A stretch of 28,111 nt of DNA from an uncultured Thiobacillus sp. (GTDB lineage Bacteria > Pseudomonadota > Gammaproteobacteria > Burkholderiales > Thiobacillaceae): NCBI GenBank assembly GCA_964513695.1, contig CAZEOR010000001.1:1-28111 (forward strand), given 5' to 3'. A program made the translations under genes and the position numbers. The first letter of the stretch is position 1. Every line of letters begins with the position of its first letter. The notes beneath the pieces were generated by a model, which saw only the letters and a program-made list of their open reading frames with translations, was not told where the DNA came from and searched no databases. Shown piece by piece: positions 14,884-22,806 of this stretch.

Positions 14884-16221
14884 GTGCCCGATATCACCTG
14901 TCCCTTTTGCGGTTTGCTCTGTGATGACCTGCGCATCGCCGTCGCCAATGGCCGCGCCCGTATCGAAGCGGGGGGCTGCCCCCGTTCCGAACGTCTGTTC
15001 GATGCGCCTTCGGACGGCCAGGCCCGGGTCGGCGGCCAGGTCGTGGATGCCGACGCGGCCTGCCGCGCCGCGGCGCGCATCCTCGCCGCCGCCCGCCGTC
15101 CCCTGATCGGCGGCCTGGCCTGCGACGTCACCGGCCAGCGCGCCGCCATCGCCCTGGCGGAACAGGTGGGCGGCGTGCTCGATCACATGAACGGCCGCGC
15201 CCAGTTCCGCAACATCCTGGCTTTCCAGGACGGCGGCTGGATGACCACCACCCTGTCGGAAGTGCGCAACCGGGCCGATCTGGTCCTGCTGGCGGGCACC
15301 GATGCCGCGACCTTCCCCCGTTTCTTCGAGCGCCTGCTGGCGGGCGAATCCCAGTTCGGCGAGCCGCGCCGGCGCCTCATCGCCCTGCTTCCCGCATTGC
15401 CGTCGCCGCCGCTTTCCGCCAAGGCGGAGTTGGCTGTGCCCCCGGCTCAGGAAAAGCGCCCGAGCCGCCGCCCGTGGGGGCCAAGTCGTTGTTGGGACGG
15501 CCCGGCGAACAACTTGAGCGGCGTGGATCTCGCCATCCCCTGTCCGCGCGAACGGCTCGGCGAGCTGTTCGCCGCCCTGCGCGCCCGTCTGGCCGGCAAG
15601 CGCTTGGATGCCGCGGACGTGGCCGGCGTGCCCATCGCCCAGCTCGACGAGCTGCTCGACGCCCTGCGCGCCGCCCGCTACGGCGTGCTGGTGTGGAACG
15701 CGGCGGAACTGGACTTCCCCCAGGCCGACCTGACCGTGCAGGCCATGGTGGACCTGGTCAAGGATCTGAACCGGGACACCCGCTGGTCCGGCCTGCCCCT
15801 GGGCGGCAACGACGGCGACACCTGCGCCGCCCAGGTCTGCACCTGGCAGACCGGCTATCCCCTGCGCACCGCCTACACCGCCGGCGGCCCCCATTACGAC
15901 CCGCTCCGCTACGGCACCGACAGCCTGCTGGCGAGCGGGGAGGTGGATGCCCTGGTATGGATTTCCGCTTTCGATCCGGAGCGCAAACCTCCGGCGTGCG
16001 CCCAACCGGCCATCGTCCTGGGCCGCGCCGACATGGCTTTTGCCACCCCGCCGGACGTGTTCATCCCGGTGGCCGTGCCCGGCGTGCAGCAGATCGGCTT
16101 CCTGCACCGCATGGACGGCGTGGTGGCCCTGCCCCTGGCGGCGCCCGTCACCAGCGGGTTGCCCGGCGTCGCCCAGGTCTTGGCCATGATCCGGAAGGAG
16201 CTGAACCATGCTGCGGCTTAA
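14884..16221 (+). CDS. fhcB: Formyltransferase/hydrolase complex subunit B (FwdB-like)
   Basis: ITCPFCGLLCDDL, TLSEVRNRADL, YGVLVWNA, LPLGGNDG, WQTGYPLRT, VFIPVAVPG, RMDGVVALPL. GTG 14884 inferred as start because it lies downstream of the promoter. Contains an extra segment of about 30-35 codons near 15410-15520. Confidence 0.9.
   Translation: MPDITCPFCGLLCDDLRIAVANGRARIEAGGCPRSERLFDAPSDGQARVGGQVVDADAACRAAARILAAARRPLIGGLACDVTGQRAAIALAEQVGGVLDHMNGRAQFRNILAFQDGGWMTTTLSEVRNRADLVLLAGTDAATFPRFFERLLAGESQFGEPRRRLIALLPALPSPPLSAKAELAVPPAQEKRPSRRPWGPSRCWDGPANNLSGVDLAIPCPRERLGELFAALRARLAGKRLDAADVAGVPIAQLDELLDALRAARYGVLVWNAAELDFPQADLTVQAMVDLVKDLNRDTRWSGLPLGGNDGDTCAAQVCTWQTGYPLRTAYTAGGPHYDPLRYGTDSLLASGEVDALVWISAFDPERKPPACAQPAIVLGRADMAFATPPDVFIPVAVPGVQQIGFLHRMDGVVALPLAAPVTSGLPGVAQVLAMIRKELNHAAA
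15411..15516. repeat. Palindromic insertion (three hairpins) read in-frame within fhcB
   Basis: TCCGCC-AA-GGCGGA (15415-15428). GCCCCC/GGGGGC (15438-15481) enclosing GGCTC/GAGCC. GTTGTT/AACAAC (15488-15513). Codons are atypical for the host. Confidence 0.55.
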
Positions 16222-17887
16222 GGGCGGACGCCTCTACGACCCCGCCCACGGCATCGACGGGCAGGTGCGCGACCTTTACGTGGAAGCCGGCCGCGTCGTC
16301 GCCGCGCCCGGCCCCGATGCCGTCATCGACAGCGAAATCGACCTGGCCGGCCGCGTGGTGATGGCCGGCGCCATCGACCTGCATACCCACATCGGCGGCG
16401 GCAAGATGAACATCGCCCGCGCCTTGCTGCCGGAAGACCACCGCATCGATCCGGTGCCGGCCCGATCCCTGGCGGGAGGCGGCCATCTCCACGCCGGCTG
16501 CGGCCACGCCGCGCCGTCAACCTGGACCACCGGCTACCGCTACGCCGAGATGGGCTACACCGCCTGCTTCGAGCCGGCCATGCTGCCCGCCAACGCGCGC
16601 CACGCCCACCTGGAGATGGGCGACATCCCCATGGTGGACAAGGGCGCCTACGCCATGCTGGGTAGCGACGATTTCTTCCTGCGCCTGCTCTCATCCGGCG
16701 CCGACCAGCGCCTGATCAACGACTACGTCGGCTGGACCCTGGACGCCAGCCAGGCCATGGCCATCAAGGTGGTGAACCCAGGCGGCATCTCGGCGTTCAA
16801 GTTCAACGCCCGCAACCTGGATCTGGACGAGGCCCATCCCCATTACGGCGTCACTCCCCGGCGCGTCATCCAGGCCCTGGCCCGCGCCGTGCACGAACTG
16901 GGCGTGGCCCACCCGCTGCACGTGCACGCCAGCAACCTGGGCATCCCCGGCAACGCCGACACCACTTTGGCCACCATGGCCGCCGCCGAGGGGCTGCCCA
17001 TCCACCTGACCCACATCCAGTTCCACAGCTACGGCACGGAAGGGGAGCGCAAGTTCTCCTCGGAAGCGGAACGCATCGCCGACGCCATCAACCGCATGGC
17101 CAACGTCTCGGCGGATGTGGGCCAGATCCTGTTCGGCCAGACCGTCACCGCCTCCGGCGACAACATGGCCCAACACCGCAACCGGGGCCACGCCAGCCCG
17201 GACAAGTGGGTGGTCATGGACATCGAGTGCGACGCCGGCTGCGGCGTGGTGCCCTTCAAGTACAAGGACAAGAACTTCGTCAACGCGCTGCAATGGGCCA
17301 TCGGCCTGGAACTGTTCCTGCGCGTCAGCGACCCCTGGCGCATCTTCCTCACCACCGACCATCCCAACGGCGCGCCGTTCACCAGCTACCCGCACCTGAT
17401 CCGCCTGCTCATGGACCGGGGTTTCCGCAATTCCAAGCTGGACGAGATCAACGCGGAAGCCGCGGCGCACAGCCAGTTGCGCGGCATGGAACGGGAATAC
17501 AGCCTGTACGAGATCGCCATCATGACCCGCGCCGCGCCGGCCCGTTCCCTGGGCCTGACCGATCGCGGCCACCTGGGCGCGGGCGCCGCCGCCGACATCG
17601 TGGTCTACCGGGACGATCCGGACCGGGAAGCCATGTTCGCCAAGCCGGAATACGTGTTCAAGGATGGCGAGCAGATCGTGCGCGACGGCCAGGTGGTGAA
17701 AGTGGTCAACGGCGCCCTGCACGCGGTAAAGCCCGAGTACGACAAGGGCATCGAGAAGCCGTTGAAGGACTATTTCGACCGCTACATGACGGTGCGGATG
17801 GAACACATCAAGCTGAGTGACGAGGAGGTTTGCGCCTGCGGGGCGAGCAAACTGATTCCGCACCAGTGCGGCGGGAGGAAGACGTGA
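16208..17887 (+). CDS. fhcA: Formyltransferase/hydrolase complex subunit A (FwdA-like amidohydrolase)
   Basis: GAIDLHTHIGGGK, YRYAEMGYT, IKVVNPGG, HVHASNLG, HLTHIQFHSYG, LQWAIGLE, LTTDHPNG, EIAIMTRAAPA. Confidence 0.97.
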   Translation: MLRLKGGRLYDPAHGIDGQVRDLYVEAGRVVAAPGPDAVIDSEIDLAGRVVMAGAIDLHTHIGGGKMNIARALLPEDHRIDPVPARSLAGGGHLHAGCGHAAPSTWTTGYRYAEMGYTACFEPAMLPANARHAHLEMGDIPMVDKGAYAMLGSDDFFLRLLSSGADQRLINDYVGWTLDASQAMAIKVVNPGGISAFKFNARNLDLDEAHPHYGVTPRRVIQALARAVHELGVAHPLHVHASNLGIPGNADTTLATMAAAEGLPIHLTHIQFHSYGTEGERKFSSEAERIADAINRMANVSADVGQILFGQTVTASGDNMAQHRNRGHASPDKWVVMDIECDAGCGVVPFKYKDKNFVNALQWAIGLELFLRVSDPWRIFLTTDHPNGAPFTSYPHLIRLLMDRGFRNSKLDEINAEAAAHSQLRGMEREYSLYEIAIMTRAAPARSLGLTDRGHLGAGAAADIVVYRDDPDREAMFAKPEYVFKDGEQIVRDGQVVKVVNGALHAVKPEYDKGIEKPLKDYFDRYMTVRMEHIKLSDEEVCACGASKLIPHQCGGRKT

Positions 17888-17934
17888 TGGCGGGGTGGGA
17901 TATTGAGGGCTTGGCCTTGTGGGCACGCGGGTTG

Positions 17935-18028
17935 AATCCCCCCTGTCCCCCCTTTTCCAAAGGGGGGAGTGGCTTCAGCGTTCTGCCCGGGGGTTCCCCC
18001 CTTTGCAAAAGGGGGGACAGGGGGGATT
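17935..18028. mobile_element. 94-bp MITE/REP-like palindromic element between fhcA and fhcD
   Basis: AATCCCCCCTGTCCCCCCTTTT (17935-17956) is the exact reverse complement of 18007-18028. Arms extend to 33/34 bp around a 26-bp spacer. Each arm has an internal CCCCCCTTT-N3-AAAGGGGGG hairpin. Confidence 0.7.
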
Positions 18029-18077
18029 TCTCCGCCCTTCGCTCGACCGCACCACCCACTTCCGGAACTTTCGCATC

Positions 18078-18974
18078 ATGATCATCAACGGCGTCCTCAT
18101 CGACGACACCTATGCCGAGGCCTTCGGCATGAAGGCCACCCGCATCCTCATCACCGCGGATACCCTGACCTGGGCGAAGCACGCGGCGAACGCGGCCTTC
18201 GGCTTCGCCACCTCGGTCATCGCCTGCGGCTGCGAGGCGGGCATCGAACGGGAGCTCTCCCCCGAGGAAACCCCGGACGGCCGCCCCGGCGTGGCCGGCC
18301 TGCTGTTCGCCGTGTCCACCAAGGAACTGGGCAAGCAATTGGAACGCCGCGTCGGCCAGTGCGTGCTTACCTGCCCTTCCACCGCCGTGTTCGCCGGCTG
18401 CGAGGGGGAGGAGCGACTGCCCCTGGGCAAGAACCTGCGCTACTTCGGCGATGGCTGGCAGATGTCGAAACTCCTCGCCGGCAAACGCTACTGGCGCATC
18501 CCGGTCATGGACGGGGAGTTCCTGGCCGAGGAATCCACCGGCCTGCTGCGCTCGGTGGGCGGCGGCAACTTCCTGGTGCTGGCCCGTTCCCGTGCCCAGG
18601 CCCTGGCGGCCTGCGAAGCGGCGGTGGAAGCCATCAAAGGCGTGCCCGGCGCCATCGCGCCCTTCCCCGGCGGCGTGGTGCGCTCCGGTTCCAAAGTGGG
18701 TTCCAAGTACAAGGCCCTGCCCGCTTCCACCAACGACGCCTTCTGCCCCACCTTGCGCGGCGTGGCGAAGACCGAACTGGGCCCGGAAGTGGAAGCAGTG
18801 CTGGAGATCGTCATCGACGCGGTCACCGACGCCGACATGCGCGTGGCCATGAAGGCTGGCCTGGAGGCGGTCTGCGCCATCGGCGCGGCGGGCGGCATCC
18901 TGCGCCTGTCGGCGGGCAACTACGGCGGCAAGCTGGGGCAGTTCCATTACCGCTTGCGGGAGATATTGGCATGA
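18078..18974 (+). CDS. fhcD: Formylmethanofuran:H4MPT formyltransferase (FhcD/Ftr)
   Basis: MIINGVLIDDTYAEAFGM, GFATSVIACGCEAG, TPDGRPG, RVGQCVLTCP, LRYFGDG, VGGGNF, PFPGGVVRSGSKVGSKY, AGNYGGKLG. Confidence 0.97.
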   Translation: MIINGVLIDDTYAEAFGMKATRILITADTLTWAKHAANAAFGFATSVIACGCEAGIERELSPEETPDGRPGVAGLLFAVSTKELGKQLERRVGQCVLTCPSTAVFAGCEGEERLPLGKNLRYFGDGWQMSKLLAGKRYWRIPVMDGEFLAEESTGLLRSVGGGNFLVLARSRAQALAACEAAVEAIKGVPGAIAPFPGGVVRSGSKVGSKYKALPASTNDAFCPTLRGVAKTELGPEVEAVLEIVIDAVTDADMRVAMKAGLEAVCAIGAAGGILRLSAGNYGGKLGQFHYRLREILA

Positions 18975-19771
18975 CCACCCTGACCCAGCGTGGTGGCGCT
19001 TCCGGCCGGGTGGACATGGCCGGCATCCTGCCGGAACTCATCGCGGGACTGTCGCCGGCGGACATCGCCGTCCTGACCGTGGGCCACGACGGCGCTCCGA
19101 CGCCCCTGGGCGAGTTGTTCGAGGTCCAGGCCGGCACGGCGGAATGCCTGGTGATCCGCTGCGAGCGGGCCTGCCTGGACGACCTGGGCGCTGACATGGG
19201 CGCCGGCCGACTCATCGTCGAAGGACCGGCCGGCGATTTCGCCGGACAGGGCATGAGCGGCGGTGAACTGGTGCTGCGCGGCGGCGCCGGTGACTTCGCG
19301 GCTTCCGGTATGAAGGGCGGCCTGATCCGCATCGAGGGCCGCGCCGGCGACTGGCTAGGCGCGGCGCGCATCGGTGAGCGCAACGGCATGGCCGGCGGCG
19401 TGGTGACGGTGGCGGGCAGCGTCGGCGCCCGCGCTGGCGACCGTATGCGCCGGGGCCTGATCCTGATCCGCGGCGACGCCGGCGACCACTGCGGCAGCCG
19501 CCTGCTGGCCGGCACCATCGCCGTGGCCGGCGCATGCGGAGCGATGGCGGGTTTCGGCCTGCGCCGGGGCTCCCTGGTACTGGGCCGGGCGCCGGCCGGG
19601 CTGCCCGCCACCTTCAACGATGCCGGCGTGGTGGAGTTGTCCTACCTGGGACTGCTGCATCGCCACGCGGAAACCCTGCTGCCGGGCGCGGTGCCTGCCA
19701 GCCGGCGCATGCGCCGCCACATCGGCGACCTGGCCTTCGGCGGCAAGGGAGAAATCCTGGTGGCGGCATGA
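18971..19771 (+). CDS. fhcC: Formyltransferase/hydrolase complex subunit C (FwdC-like beta-helix)
   Basis: Gly-rich repeats (GADMGAG, AGQGMSGG, ASGMKGG, GDRMRRG, GSRLLAGTI), ending GDLAFGGKGEILV. ATGA overlap with fhcD. Confidence 0.95.
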   Translation: MTTLTQRGGASGRVDMAGILPELIAGLSPADIAVLTVGHDGAPTPLGELFEVQAGTAECLVIRCERACLDDLGADMGAGRLIVEGPAGDFAGQGMSGGELVLRGGAGDFAASGMKGGLIRIEGRAGDWLGAARIGERNGMAGGVVTVAGSVGARAGDRMRRGLILIRGDAGDHCGSRLLAGTIAVAGACGAMAGFGLRRGSLVLGRAPAGLPATFNDAGVVELSYLGLLHRHAETLLPGAVPASRRMRRHIGDLAFGGKGEILVAA

Positions 19772-20310
19772 AGATGGTGTTCCTGCGCCACGGCGAATCC
19801 GCCTACAACCGTCTGGGCCGTTGCAATTCCGACCCGGCGCTGCCGGTGCCACTCACCGAGGAAGGCCGCGCCCAGGCCGACCGGGCCGCCGACCGGCTGC
19901 GGGCTCAGCCCATCGCCCGCATCTACGTGTCCCGGCTGCAAAGGGCACAGGAAACCGCCGCGATCGTCAATCTCCATCATGGTGCCGAGATCATCGTCGA
20001 TGCCCGGCTCGACGACCGCCGCACCGGCTTCGAGGGTGAATCCGTCACCGATTACCTTCAAGCCATGTCCGCCGCTCCTGATCCCTTCACCTGGAAGGCG
20101 CCGGGTGGCGAGTCCTACCGGGAGATGGTGGTACGGGTGCACGGTTTCCTCGATGACCTGGCCCGGAGCGAAGCCCCCTGCGTTTTGGTGGTTTCCCACC
20201 ACGAACCCATTCAGGCTGTGGCAGGCCGTTTCCGCGCCCTCAGCCTGTTTCAGATGTGGCAGGTCTGGCTGGACAACGGCGAGAGCCTGGTATTCGGAGA
20301 TTCCGTCTGA
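19768..20310 (+). CDS. Histidine phosphatase (PGM/CobC-like) family protein
   Basis: FLRHGESAYN, LTEEGRAQA, SRLQRAQETA, GGESY, LVVSHH. ATGA overlap with fhcC. Confidence 0.88.
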   Translation: MKMVFLRHGESAYNRLGRCNSDPALPVPLTEEGRAQADRAADRLRAQPIARIYVSRLQRAQETAAIVNLHHGAEIIVDARLDDRRTGFEGESVTDYLQAMSAAPDPFTWKAPGGESYREMVVRVHGFLDDLARSEAPCVLVVSHHEPIQAVAGRFRALSLFQMWQVWLDNGESLVFGDSV

Positions 20311-20376
20311 TCCCCGCCGACCCCCGCACCCTCGCTGCCACCCGTGTTTTCCGATGTATTGATCCCAGGAGTCCGT

Positions 20377-20814
20377 ATGTCCATGAACCCAGTGTTTTCC
20401 ACCCTGTGCGCTGTCCTTTTCTGTCACCTGGCCGCGGCCGCCGAAGTCAAGGTGGAGAGTGCCTGGGTGCGCCCCACCGCGCCTGGCCAGAAAGTGGCCG
20501 GCGCATTCATGAAGCTCACCGCTGATAGCGACATGGCCCTGGTGAAAGGGGCCTCGCCGGCGGCGAGGAGCGTGGAGCTGCATTTCATGCGCATGGATGG
20601 CGGCATGATGGAAATGCGCGAGCTGAAAAAGATCGAACTGCCCAAGGACACCACCGTCAGCCTGGAACCGGGCGGTCTGCACGTCATGCTGATCGGCCTC
20701 AAGACCCGGATCAAACCCGGCGACAAGATTCCTCTCAGCCTGATCGTGAAGGATCGCAGGGGCGGCCGCCACATCGTGCCGGTCAGCCTGGATGTGCCGG
20801 CCTCGGCTGAGTGA
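20377..20814 (+). CDS. Periplasmic copper chaperone PCu(A)C
   Basis: Signal-peptide-like N-terminus, AWVRPT, VELHFMRMDGGMMEMR, LEPGGLHVMLIG. AGGAG SD 5 nt upstream. Confidence 0.9.
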   Translation: MSMNPVFSTLCAVLFCHLAAAAEVKVESAWVRPTAPGQKVAGAFMKLTADSDMALVKGASPAARSVELHFMRMDGGMMEMRELKKIELPKDTTVSLEPGGLHVMLIGLKTRIKPGDKIPLSLIVKDRRGGRHIVPVSLDVPASAE

Positions 20815-20880
20815 GGATTACCGGCCGGCAATCCCGTTGACCCACCATCTGGAAAGCTGAATCAAACCGGCCTAGAAACC

Positions 20881-21342
20881 TCAATGCTTGCCGCCTGCAC
20901 GTGTTTCGATCCGAAATGTGGCATGGCAGGAAATGCAGTTCGACATCAACTGGCTGAGTTGTTTCAAGGCCAGGTTGGGGTCGGCCATGCTGGCTGCGTC
21001 CCGTGCCAGATCGTCAAAGCCGGTATGGGTTGCGTGGCCCAGCTTCTTGAACTCCAGGGGTAGTTTCTCGCGCAGGCCGGCGGGAACTTCATGGGCGGCG
21101 GCCATGCCGACGGACTGGGCGGCTTCCGCGACCATCCGCATATCGTTGTGGGCGGCGCCGGTGACGATCTTCTGTACACCGGAAAGAAAGGTGCGCATTT
21201 CCAAGCGTATGTGGGCGGCTTCCTCAGCTTTGAGGAGGATGGGTTTGCGCCGCTCGATGGGTTTGCTGTGTTCGTGGTCGAGTTCGGCCGCAAACGTGAC
21301 AAAGGGCGTGGCGGCCAACAGCAACATAACAAGACGATACAT
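20881..21342 (-). CDS. Class II (four-helix, c'/c556-like) cytochrome c
   Basis: Signal peptide and a single C-terminal CISCH haem motif. GAGG SD before ATG 21342. An alternative ATG at 21357 overlaps the bioA stop. Confidence 0.8.
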   Translation of the reverse strand: MYRLVMLLLAATPFVTFAAELDHEHSKPIERRKPILLKAEEAAHIRLEMRTFLSGVQKIVTGAAHNDMRMVAEAAQSVGMAAAHEVPAGLREKLPLEFKKLGHATHTGFDDLARDAASMADPNLALKQLSQLMSNCISCHATFRIETRAGGKH

Positions 21343-21353
21343 TGAAACCTCTT

Positions 21354-22661
21354 TCATATCTGAGCTAGGAGCTCGTGGGTCACGTGAGCCATCAGGACCA
21401 TCTCCGGTTCTTCGATGACATAGGGGGGCATGAAATAGACGGTGTTGCCGATGGGCCGTATGAACAGGCCACGGGCCAGGGCGCGTTGGTGGAAATCCCG
21501 GGCGAAATGGGGCGCCGCATGTTGTACGTCGAAGGCCCAGATCATGCCGGTTTGGCGGAAATGCCGAACGCTGGGATAGGCGGCGATGGCTGCACTCAGC
21601 AGCTCCGTGAAGCGAGCAGCCTTCATCCGGTTGGCAGTGATGACATTGTCCTGCTCGAATATGTCCAGCACAGCCAGGGCGGCACGGCAGGCCAGGGGGT
21701 TGCCGGTGTAGGAGTGGGAGTGGAGAAACCCCCTGGCGCTGGCATCGTCGTAGAAGGCGGCATAGACGGCGTCCGTGGTGAGGACACAGGAAAGCGGGAG
21801 GTAACCGCCGGTAATGCCTTTTGACAGACAGAGGAAGTCCGGTTTGATACCGGCCTGCTGACAGGCGAACAGGCTACCTGTGCGGCCGAAGCCGACTGCG
21901 ATTTCGTCGGCGATCAGGTGGACGCCGTATTCATCGCACAAAGCCCGCAAGCGGGCCAGATAGGCGGGGTGGTACATGGCCATGCCAGCGGCGCCCTGGA
22001 CCAGCGGTTCGAGGATGACGGCGGCGGTGGAGTCGGCGCACTCGGACAGGAAGGCTTCCGCATGGTCGGCGCAGCGTAGGGCATAGGCCTCGGCGGATTC
22101 ACCCGGCTCTGCCAAGCGCCAGTCCGGACTGGGCAACTGGTGGGACTGGCGTAGAAGCGGTGCGTAGGTGTCCTTGAACAGGGCGACGTCGGTAACCGAT
22201 AGAGCGCCTAGCGTTTCGCCGTGATAGCCGTTTTGCAGGCTGACAAAATTGGTCTTCTGGGGCCGGTCCCGGTTGCGCCAGTAGTGGAAGCTCATCTTCA
22301 GGGCGATCTCGGTGGCGCTGGCGCCATCGGAGCCATAGAAGGCGTGGCCCAGGCCGGTGAGCCTTCCCAGCCGTTCCGAGAGTTCCACCACCGGGGCATG
22401 GGTGCAGCCGGCCAGGATGACGTGTTCGATCTTGCCTAGTTGATCCGTGATGGCCGAGTTGATGCGCGGATTGGCGTGGCCGAACAGATTCACCCACCAT
22501 GAGGAAATGCAATCCAGGTAGCGGCGGCCATCGTAGTCGATGAGCCAGGGGCCTTCACCCCGCTCGATGGGCAGGGGTGGCATCCGCTCCAGATGTTTCA
22601 TCTGGGTGCAGGGATGCCAGAGAGCCGCCTGGGTACGGTTCAGCCAATCGGCATTGGACAT
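21354..22661 (-). CDS. bioA: Adenosylmethionine-8-amino-7-oxononanoate aminotransferase
   Basis: LWHPCTQM, ISSWWVNLFGH, DGASATEIALKM, GYHGET, DEIAVGFGRTG, SKGITGGYLPL, HSHSYTGNPLAC, YFMPPY. Confidence 0.95.
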   Translation of the reverse strand: MSNADWLNRTQAALWHPCTQMKHLERMPPLPIERGEGPWLIDYDGRRYLDCISSWWVNLFGHANPRINSAITDQLGKIEHVILAGCTHAPVVELSERLGRLTGLGHAFYGSDGASATEIALKMSFHYWRNRDRPQKTNFVSLQNGYHGETLGALSVTDVALFKDTYAPLLRQSHQLPSPDWRLAEPGESAEAYALRCADHAEAFLSECADSTAAVILEPLVQGAAGMAMYHPAYLARLRALCDEYGVHLIADEIAVGFGRTGSLFACQQAGIKPDFLCLSKGITGGYLPLSCVLTTDAVYAAFYDDASARGFLHSHSYTGNPLACRAALAVLDIFEQDNVITANRMKAARFTELLSAAIAAYPSVRHFRQTGMIWAFDVQHAAPHFARDFHQRALARGLFIRPIGNTVYFMPPYVIEEPEMVLMAHVTHELLAQI

Positions 22662-22675
22662 GGGATAACCGTTTT

Positions 22676-22799
22676 ATCCACGAAATAGCACGAATGAACA
22701 CGAAACGAGGCCACGGGCCATGCGGAATCGGTGAGCGGAAGGGTGGGCCGCGGATTTGGCCCCCGAGTCATTCGTGTTATTCCGTATTCACGCGTGGAT
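22676..22799. repeat. Inverted-repeat element with 10-bp-periodic CACG units
   Basis: CACG at 22679, 22689 and 22699. CGTG/CGTA/CGTG at 22773, 22783 and 22793. Outer ATCCACG/CGTGGAT. Confidence 0.65.
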
Positions 22800-22806
22800 G
22801 AATGGT

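Noticed and set aside
14884-16221. Selenocysteine or an active Mo/W formylmethanofuran dehydrogenase subunit
   Set aside because: No in-frame TGA and no fwdD or ferredoxin subunits. The B-A-D-C order with a formyltransferase is the bacterial Fhc type.
17919-18077. 53-aa N-terminal extension of FhcD
   Set aside because: It is translation through the poly-C/poly-G palindromic element. FhcD similarity begins at MIINGV (18078).
6676-19771. Long alternative-frame ORFs (e.g. 6676-8145, the 5' parts of 8669-10426, 11495-12976 and 17969-19771, and 14716-16209)
   Set aside because: Arg/Pro/Gly/Ala-rich shadows of real genes in high-GC DNA, with no family motifs.
21354-22661. Aminotransferase as the missing MfnC of methylofuran synthesis
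   Set aside because: It carries canonical BioA motifs throughout and lies outside the C1 operons.
22676-22799. CRISPR array
   Set aside because: The repeats are 4-7 bp cores at 10-bp spacing in inverted arms, with no 25-40 bp repeats, unique spacers or cas genes.
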